From NCBI GenBank assembly GCA_021800365.1, contig JAJYZA010000001.1:19377-83376 (forward strand): DNA of 64,000 nt, given 5' to 3'. How positions within the stretch are numbered: the first letter of the stretch is position 1; each line of letters starts with the position of its first letter. This document shows, in pieces, positions 28,327 to 37,800 of this stretch. The stretch is from Nanobdellota archaeon (GTDB lineage: Archaea; Nanobdellota; Nanobdellia; Parvarchaeales; Parvarchaeaceae). The notes below the pieces were generated by a model, which was not told where the DNA came from, ran no database searches, and saw nothing but the letters and a program-made list of their open reading frames with translations. The position numbers and the translations under genes were made by a program.

Positions 28327-29154
28327 ATGGGCCATATAAAAAAAACCGAAACTCTACATATAATGGTGAAGAAGCACTACACAAAGCCACGAAGAGAGTG
28401 GAGCAGGCATGAAAAGCACGGAGGCATGGAATGGATTACTTCCATATACCTATTAGATCGATATCTTCCAAAAAGGGGACTAATTTTAGATGCGGGAGGC
28501 GGTCCTGGGCGATACACCATCGAACTGGCAAAAAAAGGACACAAAATAATTTTATTGGATCCTTCACAATCACACCTAGATTTTGCTGATAGAATGATTA
28601 AGAAAAACAAGTTAGAAAAACGGGTTATTAAAATCGTGAATGGCAAGATTGAAGATTTATCGGTATTTAAAAAAGAAACTTTTGACGCAGTCATATGCTT
28701 GGGTGGTCCACTGTCGCACGTAATGAGCAAGAAGCTACGCGAAAAAGCGGCCTCTGAACTTATAAGGGTTGCGAAGAGGGGTGCACCAATTTTCGTCTCT
28801 GTAATGAACCGCTTAGCAATAATACGTGGCGAGTTAGTAGACTTTCAAAATGAACTTTTGACTACGTATTTTAGGAATTGGCTCAAAACCGGAGATTATT
28901 TTGGAGGTTATGGTTTTACGCCTATGCATGGATTCATGCCGGAAGAGCTAAAAAATCTTTTCGAAAGAAGAGGTGCAAAGAATTGCAAATTATTCGCTTT
29001 GGAGGGATTTAGTTCGCGTGAGGACAAGGCCATGTTAGAACTATCCAAAAATAAAAGACGCTGGAAAGTATGGATAAAGACACATTTTGCAATAATCGAC
29101 AGGCTGGAGGTAATTGGCGTAAGCGACCACTTCATGCTTATATGTAATAAATAA
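28327..29154 (+). CDS. class I SAM-dependent methyltransferase
   Basis: ILDAGGGPGRYTIELAKKGHKIILLDPS (motif I, GxGxG) and later VICLGGPLSHV. The listed start is only 7 nt after the tRNA, so the true start is probably a downstream Met. Confidence 0.6.
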   Translation: MGHIKKTETLHIMVKKHYTKPRREWSRHEKHGGMEWITSIYLLDRYLPKRGLILDAGGGPGRYTIELAKKGHKIILLDPSQSHLDFADRMIKKNKLEKRVIKIVNGKIEDLSVFKKETFDAVICLGGPLSHVMSKKLREKAASELIRVAKRGAPIFVSVMNRLAIIRGELVDFQNELLTTYFRNWLKTGDYFGGYGFTPMHGFMPEELKNLFERRGAKNCKLFALEGFSSREDKAMLELSKNKRRWKVWIKTHFAIIDRLEVIGVSDHFMLICNK

Positions 29155-29156
29155 GA

Positions 29157-31565
29157 TTATGCTTTAGAAGAAGAAATTATAGATTCACCAGAAACTTTCG
29201 CTACGCTTATTAGATTGTCGGCTATGTTTTTCATTATATCTTCGTGGGTTACTATTATTATCTGAACTATATCAGTTATTTTTGTTATGCAGGTCGACAA
29301 AGCGTTTATATCTTCGCGGTCTAAGCCAGTAGTCGGTTCATCCATCAATAAACATTCATTTTTACTTATCCCGCCTAACATAGATGCGATGGATGAAAGA
29401 GCGAGCCGGTATGCTAGCGCAACGGAAGTTTTCTCTCCTCCAGACAGGGTTTTAGCATCTAAGACCTCACCCCCGGCTGCCACTTTTACATTATAGTTAT
29501 TATCTATATCAATGCTATAATCGTTTTCATTGCGTATCTCTAAAAACTTAGATTGAAAAAGTGACCTAAAATCATTTATAAATTTATTTCGAACATACTC
29601 CCTTATATCTCTTATGTCTTTTCTTAGATTTTCCATAAGCGAAAGAAACTTGCTCTTTTTATCAAGTTCTCTACGCATATTTTCGCGTTTTTCTAACTTT
29701 GTTTTTAAGACGCCTAATTTTTCTTTATTTTCTTCTATTTCTGATTCTCTGGTATGAAATTCACTATTCGCTGAGGCAACTCCAGCGGATATCTGAGAAA
29801 TAGTAATGTTTAAATGTTTTAGTTCAGTCTCTTTTGCTTCTAACTCTATTGCATCAAAACCAAGTTTATTTATCTTTTCTGTTATCATCGCGATTTCTTC
29901 ACTTGCTTTCTGTGATTCTATACGCAAATAAGCCGATCTGTCCTTTAAGACATCTATGTTTTTTATATCTACCTCTATCTTTTCTATTTCTAGAAGTTTG
30001 TTATTTAATGCAGATAGTTCCTGTTCAATATAGTTTTTCTTATTTGATATCGCATCATAATTCTTGCGCAATGCGATTATCCTTTCATTTAACTTATTTA
30101 AACTATTTTCTTTTGACTCATCTTCGTATATTCTTAGATGTGCTGCATTTTCAGAGATATGCAGAGTTAACAGATCATAATCCCTTTGCAATTCTTGCCT
30201 GCTTTTACCTGTTATTTTCTTATTCTGCTCTGTTGATAAGGACGTTATTAACTCTTCATAACGTTTTACTTTGCGAGTATATTCATTCTTTATGTGTATG
30301 ATATCTGTAATATTTTCTCTGCAGATAGCACATCTTCCATTACGTAATGCGTCTGCCTCCTCAGATTTTATTTCTTCTATGCACTGTTTCAACTGCAAGA
30401 CCCTACCATTTATTTCTTCAGCACTGAGTTCTGCCGATTTTAGCTCCAATAACTTTTTAAGTGTATTTTCTTCGTTTCTTAATGTTGTATTCTCCGATTC
30501 AATTCTTTTTATTTCTTTGTTTATCCTTTCCAATCTAGATAGTTCTACTTTTAGATCGGTTTCACATGCATATAGTGTCTCATAGGCAGATTTCAATTCT
30601 ATATCTACCGTCACCAATATTCCCTCTTTTTCGTGTTTTTCTTTTTTTAATGCTAAAACCGCAGAGTGATCTATCTCCTTTACCTTTTCAAGTTTAGATT
30701 TTATATCAGAATCTATCGCTAAAAGTTGTTTTTCGAAACCGGCGAGCTGCGTAATCCTCTGGGACCTCTCTGCGTTTAAACGTGTGCTTTCATTTTTCTT
30801 ATCTCTATAAAATTGTATTTCGCTTTCGATTTGCCTTAATTTTATTTTATTATTTTCGAGTGTATTTTTAAGTTCTGTGATACGCCTCTCCGCTTCCGCA
30901 TTTAAAGCATTTAGCTGTCCAATCCTGCTCTCTATACGAATAGCCTCTTCTTCATCACCACTAGAAGATAATTCAGTACCTAACAAATCTACTTCTTTTT
31001 CTATCTTAGAGTTTACTTCCTTAAGTTTCTCATACGTATCTGCATATTTATTTAATTGAAGAAGCTGGTCTAGGTATTCTTGTTTTGCCTGGCCACTTTC
31101 AAATATCAAATCTTTTAATTCATCTTGTTTTATATAAGTTATGGCTTCAAACGTTTTGAGAGGATTAATCGACTCGATTCCAAGTAGCTTAAGTATAAAA
31201 TTATTTAGATCTGCTGCCCTATTCTGTAAATCTATTTTTTTCCCATCTTTCCTAATCTCATTCTCTTCATCATCGTTACGTACACTGTCCTTTAAACGTT
31301 TTAGTCCTCTCTTTATATAATATTCGGTTCCTACATCAGAAAATTTTAAGGCCACCCAACCACGTGCTGCGCCGCGCCTGAGGAGCAATTTTCCTTCTTC
31401 CCTCCCTTCCCCAATTTTTCCAAAAAGGGCATATTGTATAGCCATGAATATGGAAGACTTCCCACTACCGGTGTTACCAGTTATTACATTTATACCATTG
31501 TAAAACTTAACTGATGCAACCTTATGGCTCCTTATGTTGTTAAGTTCAATTTCTCTAAGGATCAT
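29157..31565 (-). CDS. rad50: DNA double-strand break repair ATPase Rad50
   Basis: Walker A GNTGSGKSS, long coiled coils, zinc hook CAIC (CxxC) in the centre, C-terminal signature and Walker B LLMDEPTTGLD. Confidence 0.9.
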   Translation of the reverse strand: MILREIELNNIRSHKVASVKFYNGINVITGNTGSGKSSIFMAIQYALFGKIGEGREEGKLLLRRGAARGWVALKFSDVGTEYYIKRGLKRLKDSVRNDDEENEIRKDGKKIDLQNRAADLNNFILKLLGIESINPLKTFEAITYIKQDELKDLIFESGQAKQEYLDQLLQLNKYADTYEKLKEVNSKIEKEVDLLGTELSSSGDEEEAIRIESRIGQLNALNAEAERRITELKNTLENNKIKLRQIESEIQFYRDKKNESTRLNAERSQRITQLAGFEKQLLAIDSDIKSKLEKVKEIDHSAVLALKKEKHEKEGILVTVDIELKSAYETLYACETDLKVELSRLERINKEIKRIESENTTLRNEENTLKKLLELKSAELSAEEINGRVLQLKQCIEEIKSEEADALRNGRCAICRENITDIIHIKNEYTRKVKRYEELITSLSTEQNKKITGKSRQELQRDYDLLTLHISENAAHLRIYEDESKENSLNKLNERIIALRKNYDAISNKKNYIEQELSALNNKLLEIEKIEVDIKNIDVLKDRSAYLRIESQKASEEIAMITEKINKLGFDAIELEAKETELKHLNITISQISAGVASANSEFHTRESEIEENKEKLGVLKTKLEKRENMRRELDKKSKFLSLMENLRKDIRDIREYVRNKFINDFRSLFQSKFLEIRNENDYSIDIDNNYNVKVAAGGEVLDAKTLSGGEKTSVALAYRLALSSIASMLGGISKNECLLMDEPTTGLDREDINALSTCITKITDIVQIIIVTHEDIMKNIADNLISVAKVSGESIISSSKA

Positions 31566-32722
31566 ATCCCAAATAATTCCTCTGCATGTTTTTTTATGAT
31601 ATCTGGCTCAAATCCTTCTAAAGTGGAGTCTATAAGCATTTTTGCTAGTTTTACTTCCTTCTCGCCGTAGCCACGTTTGTTTAAAAATTCCGTCTCTATC
31701 TTACCAAGATCTGATTCAGTTATTTCTACAGTTTCCTTGTCACTGCTTGATAGCTTTGAAATATTTATACTGACGAACGAATAACCAAGTGAAAGAGCCT
31801 CTGTCTTTAAAGCTCCAAAATTAAATTCGTCTAACTTTCCTCCGGTAGTTCCCTCAATTTTTATTACTAATAGATTACCTTCATTTTTTGACAGCCCTGC
31901 TCTTACTTCATCCTCTATCTCTTTTACAGACTTATTATTTGCTTTTACTAACAATATCTCTTTTTTTCGTGTATTCAGCACCACGTAATCGATTTTTTGA
32001 ATCCCGTGCTCATCATAGTCTATAAGATAGTAACCCCTGTTTGGATTGTCGACAATTTCTTTTTCATCACAGTATTCCGTAGAGCCTGGATACTGTATTA
32101 TTCCCGTATCATATTGAATATTGTCTTTATGCCCATGCCAGTGGCCTGCGGCGTAATAATCAAATCCCTTTGGTAAGCTCTCAGTGTCTAAATCTTTAAA
32201 TTGCTCACCCAAAGCTGAGACAGTATGGTGAAATATAAAAATCTTTACCCACGTATTTTTATCTATGCTTATTTTTAATCTCTTAAATATTTCTTCTTCT
32301 ACCCTACTGCGCTTCCCTTTAACGCCACACAAAAAAGCGTTACGATATGTCTCTCCCATCAACTTGAAATCCCGTTCGTCTAAGATGTATCTTTTTGAAC
32401 TAAGGTTTACGAGCAGACCGTTTCTATCAAATAGTTCTATTATACTGTCAGATTCCCCCATGCCGACATCATGTGAACCGGGCACTATGAACACTTTTAT
32501 TCCTGCTAGTTTAAGTTTATTTAATTGATCTGTAACGAATAATAAAGAATCTAAGCTGGGATTTCCTTCGTTAAAAAGGTCACCGGAATGTACAATAAAG
32601 TCTACTTTATTATTTATTGCGGCGTCTATTACTTGCTTAAAGACTGCCCTTACATCCTCATTTCTTTTAAGATTTTTATACACGGAGCCTATATGTGTAT
32701 CACCGACGTGAATAAATTTCAT
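31562..32722 (-). CDS. mre11: DNA double-strand break repair nuclease Mre11
   Basis: Calcineurin-like motifs HVGDTHIG, HSGDLFN, GSHD and GHWH. Overlaps the rad50 start by 4 nt. Confidence 0.9.
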   Translation of the reverse strand: MKFIHVGDTHIGSVYKNLKRNEDVRAVFKQVIDAAINNKVDFIVHSGDLFNEGNPSLDSLLFVTDQLNKLKLAGIKVFIVPGSHDVGMGESDSIIELFDRNGLLVNLSSKRYILDERDFKLMGETYRNAFLCGVKGKRSRVEEEIFKRLKISIDKNTWVKIFIFHHTVSALGEQFKDLDTESLPKGFDYYAAGHWHGHKDNIQYDTGIIQYPGSTEYCDEKEIVDNPNRGYYLIDYDEHGIQKIDYVVLNTRKKEILLVKANNKSVKEIEDEVRAGLSKNEGNLLVIKIEGTTGGKLDEFNFGALKTEALSLGYSFVSINISKLSSSDKETVEITESDLGKIETEFLNKRGYGEKEVKLAKMLIDSTLEGFEPDIIKKHAEELFGI

Positions 32723-32848
32723 AATTATAATACCTATTCTCTCTATAATTTAACTACTTTTACAGCAGCCTTACTGAAGTATGGATAATTACCAAGAACC
32801 ACAAAAATTAGACTAAAAATCTATGGCTACGATTGCTTATACGGGGAA

Positions 32849-33310
32849 ATGATTTACTTTTTAATTAAATGCCTATTTATTATCTCTTATGCAAATAATA
32901 ATATGGAAAAACGGTTTATCTTTAAAGAAAATGTACGTATCTATGATACAGATGCGCAGGGGATAGTTCACTATGCGGGGTATTATCGCTTCTTCACAGA
33001 CGCACTAGAACAATTTGTAAAAGACCGCATCGGCGGAACATTCCCGCTTCTCGAAGACGGCGTCTGGTTTGTCGTCGTGGAGTCAAATGCAAAATACTAT
33101 AAACCTGCAAGAGTTGGCGATGAACTTGAAGTTTCGCTTTCGCCTACGCTACTATCAGAAAAAGTAATAAAATTTAATTTCGGTATAGAACGAAGCGGTG
33201 AGTTGCTATGTGATGGTTACATAACACAAGTAGCATTAAATGAATCAAAATGGAAATCAGTACCGATACCCAAAAAATTTGTAGACCGAATTTTTCAGAA
33301 AAAATCGTGA
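32849..33310 (+). CDS. hotdog-fold acyl-CoA thioesterase (YbgC/4HBT-like)
   Basis: YDTDAQGIVHYAGYYRFFTDALEQF is a 4HBT-family signature. The likely start is the Met at about 32906. Confidence 0.55.
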   Translation: MIYFLIKCLFIISYANNNMEKRFIFKENVRIYDTDAQGIVHYAGYYRFFTDALEQFVKDRIGGTFPLLEDGVWFVVVESNAKYYKPARVGDELEVSLSPTLLSEKVIKFNFGIERSGELLCDGYITQVALNESKWKSVPIPKKFVDRIFQKKS

Positions 33311-33951
33311 AGCTTTCTATTGTCTAGGTCTCTTAAGGTAGCCCAAGTGTTTCTAATGTATTTTTTATATTTTGTTTCTAGTATCGATCCGTTCTCTTTT
33401 ATAATTTTTAGGAAACGAATTGTCTTTGGATCGGAGGGATAACCACTCCCAAAATCATAACCGAGTTCTTTTTTTATAAATGCCACGTCGCGCTCACGTC
33501 TAGATTTTGCTAGAATCGAGGCGGCTGATACTTCTATATAATTTTTATCTGCATAGTTTTCTACTATTAGCTCTTTATTTGGTATTTTTTTAGAAAGATA
33601 GATTTTTATTTTCTTTGTATTCGCACTCGGAGAATCTATTATAACCGCCTCACCATCAAGAAAATTTGCTATCTCAGACATCTCATCTAGTTCTAGAAAA
33701 TTTAAGTTGGTTCCCGCCTTGTAGCGATTGTCTATGACTTCTGGACTAAGTTCTTTGAGGAGATAACCTGCCGCGTGCTCAATAATTAGTCTTTCTAGGA
33801 GAAAAATTCTTTTTATGCTTAGCAGCTTTGAATCTTTTACTCCCGCTGCTTTCATTTTTTTTGAGGCATCTTCATCTAGACTGACTCCTGCTAAAACCAG
33901 TGGTCCGATTACCGGCCCTCTTCCTGCTTCGTCTATACCTATACGTTTCAT
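33295..33951 (-). CDS. rnhB: ribonuclease HII
   Basis: MKRIGIDEAGRGPVIGPLVLAGV N-terminal signature with the DEAG catalytic block. 218 aa. Confidence 0.85.
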   Translation of the reverse strand: MKRIGIDEAGRGPVIGPLVLAGVSLDEDASKKMKAAGVKDSKLLSIKRIFLLERLIIEHAAGYLLKELSPEVIDNRYKAGTNLNFLELDEMSEIANFLDGEAVIIDSPSANTKKIKIYLSKKIPNKELIVENYADKNYIEVSAASILAKSRRERDVAFIKKELGYDFGSGYPSDPKTIRFLKIIKENGSILETKYKKYIRNTWATLRDLDNRKLHDFF

Positions 33952-34277
33952 TTTATGATTTCCGTAGGTTTAGCGGTCTCATCCGCCCTAAACATTGCAT
34001 GTCCGAATTGGATTATTAGTTTTATACCTAATTTTTCCAAACCGGATGGAACATCACAAGCTCCATAAGTACTACCACCCCAAATATAAACTTCAGAGCC
34101 GGTATTCTCTTTTATAAAATCTGCGATTTCTAAAGCATGCATCTTAAATCCATCCGGTATCTGAATCGCCACCTTATCGTATTTTCTTTCTTTTATTTTA
34201 TCGATTATTGTATCAAAGTCTATATCATATTTTTTTAACAAGTATCCGATCCCTTCGCTTTTTGTGTGATATTTCAT
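33948..34277 (-). CDS. stand-alone Dph2 domain-1-like protein (diphthamide synthase fragment or paralog)
   Basis: 109 aa. VAIQIPDG..., STYGACD and LIIQFGHAMF match the first of the three homologous domains of archaeal Dph2, including the first cluster Cys. The ORF stops in an ATGA overlap with rnhB. Confidence 0.45.
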   Translation of the reverse strand: MKYHTKSEGIGYLLKKYDIDFDTIIDKIKERKYDKVAIQIPDGFKMHALEIADFIKENTGSEVYIWGGSTYGACDVPSGLEKLGIKLIIQFGHAMFRADETAKPTEIIK

Positions 34278-34353
34278 AAACTTCTCAATAAAGCAATTAA
34301 ATAGTATTCCGATTATATATACTAATTACATATTAATAGAGATAGTTAAAAGC

Positions 34354-35034
34354 ATGGATAATAAAACCTTTCTGTTTGTTATAAGTACATTAAACAAAAA
34401 GTATAAAGTAAAGATGACCAGAGTACGGCCATTTGAGGTATTAATACACGGTATATTGTCTACGCGAACAAAGGATGAAACCACCTTCCCAGCACAACGA
34501 CGTCTATTGTCGCTCGCGGGAAATCCCCAAAAATTATATTCGCTGAATGCGAAAGTGATAAGAAAATTGATTTATCCGGTTGGTTTTTATAAAACAAAAA
34601 CAAAATTATTAAAAAGGGCCGCAAAGATGCTAATAGGGGATTTTAATGGTAAAGTACCTTCGTCCAAGACAGATCTTTTGAAAATTCCAGGTGTCGGTCC
34701 AAAGGTGGCTAGTCTAGTCCTTGTCTGGGGATTTGGAATACCGGTAATCCCAGTTGATACACACGTAAATCGTGTGTCTCAGCGTTTAGGAATAGTACCT
34801 AAAGGCACGAAACCAGAAGCCACCCAAAGAATATTAGAAAGCGTACTTTCTCCCAAACGACGCTTGATAACGAATAAAACACTTGTTAAATTTGGCAAAG
34901 AAATCTGCCGCCCATTATCGCCGCTATGCGGTATTTGCCCGGTTTATCATTACTGTGAATTTCCGGATAAGGATTATTACAAAAATAGATATCGCAATTT
35001 AAATAAGGAGGACACCTATAAAATATATCGATAG
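34354..35034 (+). CDS. nth: endonuclease III (Nth), HhH-GPD with 4Fe-4S
   Basis: HhH LLKIPGVGPKVASLVL, catalytic Asp (PVDTHV) and C-terminal Cys ligands CRPLSPLCGICPVYHYC. Confidence 0.8.
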   Translation: MDNKTFLFVISTLNKKYKVKMTRVRPFEVLIHGILSTRTKDETTFPAQRRLLSLAGNPQKLYSLNAKVIRKLIYPVGFYKTKTKLLKRAAKMLIGDFNGKVPSSKTDLLKIPGVGPKVASLVLVWGFGIPVIPVDTHVNRVSQRLGIVPKGTKPEATQRILESVLSPKRRLITNKTLVKFGKEICRPLSPLCGICPVYHYCEFPDKDYYKNRYRNLNKEDTYKIYR

Positions 35035-35054
35035 GGCAATTTCCCATTGTTGTT

Positions 35055-35804
35055 ATGAAATCAGATTCCTTTAAGGCAATAATTTCCGGTATGTATTACT
35101 TTACAAAGTTACGAATACTTACGATTTTAATAGCGATGGCATTATCACTATTTATTATCTTTTATGGTGGGTTGATCCTGCTTTTGAACCTTACCTTTAA
35201 CCAACCCAACGGATACTACGTGATGTATCCTACATATATTATTGTGGTCGCGCTTACACTATTTCTAGTCGAATTCTTTCTGTTTTTCTATTTGCTTTCA
35301 CTTGGATTGGAAGTCAAAAAGCGTATTGAGCTTAAATCTCCAATAAGAATACCAGAGGTTCTTGTAACTTCGCTTAAGAAATACCCGAAATTTTTAATCT
35401 CTACAATTTTTCAACTTTTCGTAGTTTTTGGCGGTCTTGTCTTAATAATTGTTCCGGGAGTATATTTTGGAGTACGCAGCATGTTTTTCAACATAGAGAC
35501 ACATAATGGAGACGTTACTTTAAGTACCGCACTAAAAGATTCTATTGAACTTACTAAAGGGCATTTTATAAAGGGAGTTACCGTGTTTCTTTTTTATTTA
35601 GTTATATTCTTTTTACTTATTTACGGAATATTCGAGGCTGGAACTGGGCTTTTACTTACTTATCTTGGAGACAGTATAGTGCTGTCATTTTTAATTCTCG
35701 CATATACATTTAGTGCAGACGCGCTATATCACTTATTAAAAACTAGTGTCGGTAACGGAATAAAATCACAATTATTCAGACGTATCGCTTACAAAGAAAA
35801 TTAG
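35055..35804 (+). CDS. hypothetical polytopic membrane protein
   Basis: About 6 transmembrane helices, no catalytic motif seen. Confidence 0.3.
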   Translation: MKSDSFKAIISGMYYFTKLRILTILIAMALSLFIIFYGGLILLLNLTFNQPNGYYVMYPTYIIVVALTLFLVEFFLFFYLLSLGLEVKKRIELKSPIRIPEVLVTSLKKYPKFLISTIFQLFVVFGGLVLIIVPGVYFGVRSMFFNIETHNGDVTLSTALKDSIELTKGHFIKGVTVFLFYLVIFFLLIYGIFEAGTGLLLTYLGDSIVLSFLILAYTFSADALYHLLKTSVGNGIKSQLFRRIAYKEN

Positions 35805-36017
35805 CAATAAGTATTATCTTATCCTCATTCAACACAATCTTATCGGATTATTGTGAACTGAAGTTCTCGCTGTACTAGATCTTTAAACTCTGTCAAAGTC
35901 AGCTTATTCATAAATGCCTCCTTTTTTGTTGTTCTTAATACAGAATGGGGGCATTTGTTTGATTTATCGCTTATCGCGGGCTGTCCGCAATCGAATTATG
36001 CAACGGCCTCGAACTAT

Positions 36018-36034
36018 AGAAAGCTTTATATACT
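36018..36034 (+). promoter_or_regulatory. BRE/TATA-like element upstream of the RNAP operon
   Basis: AAAGCTTTATATACTAG about 50 nt upstream of the rpoH start. An SD-like AGAGGT lies 8 nt before the TTG start at 36085. Confidence 0.35.
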
Positions 36035-36084
36035 AGTAATATCACTTTTACTAATTGAAAAATTTACTCTAAGAGGTCGCCTGC

Positions 36085-36318
36085 TTGGATATTGATGTTT
36101 TTAGTAGCAATTTGTCCCCAAAATATAGAGTAATTAAACCTGAGGATGCAGCGGCGCTTCTCGAGAAATTCCATATCACTACAAAAGAGTTACCAAAAAT
36201 AAAATTAACTGATCCGGCTGTTAAAAAATTAAATGCGAATGAAGGCGACATTATAGAGATAATGCGAGCTAGTATGACGGCTGGCGAAGCAAAATATTAT
36301 CGTTTTGTTATAAAATAA
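36085..36318 (+). CDS. rpoH: DNA-directed RNA polymerase subunit H (Rpb5 homolog)
   Basis: 77 aa. PKIKLTDPAVKKLNANEGDIIEIMRASMTAGEAKYYRFV is a conserved RpoH block. Apparent TTG start. Confidence 0.85.
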   Translation: MDIDVFSSNLSPKYRVIKPEDAAALLEKFHITTKELPKIKLTDPAVKKLNANEGDIIEIMRASMTAGEAKYYRFVIK

Positions 36319-36321
36319 TTT

Positions 36322-37800
36322 ATGAACAAATCCGACACAGAGTGCTTATTAGATGCTGCAATTAAAGCCAATACTTTAGCTGCACACCATATTTCCTCTT
36401 TTGAATATTTTGTAGAAAGCGGATTACAGAATATAGTTAACAGTGAGTCTATAATAGAGCCAGTTATAAAGCCAGCTGGGGTAGGCGATTTTAAAATAAA
36501 ACTCGGTAAAATAACGGTTGGGAGGCCGGATATTCTCGAGGCCGACAGCATAGTTAGATCAATATTTCCTATGGAAGCCAGGATAAGAGATTTGACATAT
36601 GATGCACCGATGATGCTTTCTGTCTCATATATATCCGATAAAAAAACCGTCGCTGAAGAAGAAGTATTTATCGGACGATTGCCAATAGTAGTAAAATCAA
36701 AATTCTGTAATTTGCATGGTTTATCAAAAGATGAGTTAATAAAGCAAAAAGAAGATGCAAGTGACCCTGGGGGATATTTCATAATAAATGGAACTGAACG
36801 TATAATAATAACTACAGAAGATCTGGCACCAAATAATCTTCTGATAAGTAAGGAAAGCCAGGAGGGCTTCTTATACTCAGTTAAAATTTTTGCGGATGCA
36901 GACAATATAAAAGTGCCGCACACCTTGCAACTTTCTAACAGTAACTTACTTTACATTACCTTTGGAAAACTCAAAAAGATATCCGTTGTTGTCTTACTTA
37001 AGGCACTTGGCTTTACAAACGAGAATGAACTTATAAAAAAGATAGCAAAGGGTGATGAGGATATAGAAAATACACTGGATATAAATCTAGTTGCTTTTGA
37101 TATCGATAGTGAGAAGGGGGCCTTAGAATCTTTAGGCAAATCTTTGCACTCTATGCACCCAATAGAGACGGCTGAAATGAATATTGATTCTTTATTATTT
37201 CCATTTCTAGGCAGGGATCCCGCGTCTAGAAAATTAAAGGGAGAATATCTAATGTACGTTATCAATCAACTAATGTCTTATTCTCTTTCGAAGAAAGAAG
37301 TAGATAAGGACCATTATTCTAATAAAAGACTGCATGCAGAAAATTATAACCTCGATATGCTATTTAGATTTGTATTTAAACAGATACTTAATGACGCAAA
37401 GTACAACTTTGAGCGTGGAATAAAAAAAGATAGGGTGCCTAGCCCGAAATATATTTTCACTTCAGACCAGCTAACATCTAGATTAAGATCTGCGCTGGCC
37501 ACGGGACAGTGGGTTGGAGGTAGAGTTGGAATAACTCAGCACCTTGAAAGGAGAAGTTTTCCTTCGGTGGTATCCCAGTTAAGAAAGGTTGAATCTCTAC
37601 TAACTTCAAATAGAGAAAACTATCGCGCAAGAGATTTGCATGGAACTCATTTTGGAAGATTTTGTGCAGTGGAAACACCAGAAGGACCTAAAATCGGTTT
37701 AACAAAGAACATTGCTTTGCTTGCAAAGATTTCGGAAGACAATGCAGATAATAAAGAAGTAGTAAATAAACTTAAAGAGTATGGAGTAAAGGAGATATGA
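36322..37800 (+). CDS. rpoB2: DNA-directed RNA polymerase subunit B'' (N-terminal half of split B)
   Basis: 492 aa. Conserved Rpb2 N-terminal blocks (HHISSFEYFV, GYFIINGTERIIIT). Overlaps the next gene by 4 nt. Confidence 0.9.
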   Translation: MNKSDTECLLDAAIKANTLAAHHISSFEYFVESGLQNIVNSESIIEPVIKPAGVGDFKIKLGKITVGRPDILEADSIVRSIFPMEARIRDLTYDAPMMLSVSYISDKKTVAEEEVFIGRLPIVVKSKFCNLHGLSKDELIKQKEDASDPGGYFIINGTERIIITTEDLAPNNLLISKESQEGFLYSVKIFADADNIKVPHTLQLSNSNLLYITFGKLKKISVVVLLKALGFTNENELIKKIAKGDEDIENTLDINLVAFDIDSEKGALESLGKSLHSMHPIETAEMNIDSLLFPFLGRDPASRKLKGEYLMYVINQLMSYSLSKKEVDKDHYSNKRLHAENYNLDMLFRFVFKQILNDAKYNFERGIKKDRVPSPKYIFTSDQLTSRLRSALATGQWVGGRVGITQHLERRSFPSVVSQLRKVESLLTSNRENYRARDLHGTHFGRFCAVETPEGPKIGLTKNIALLAKISEDNADNKEVVNKLKEYGVKEI

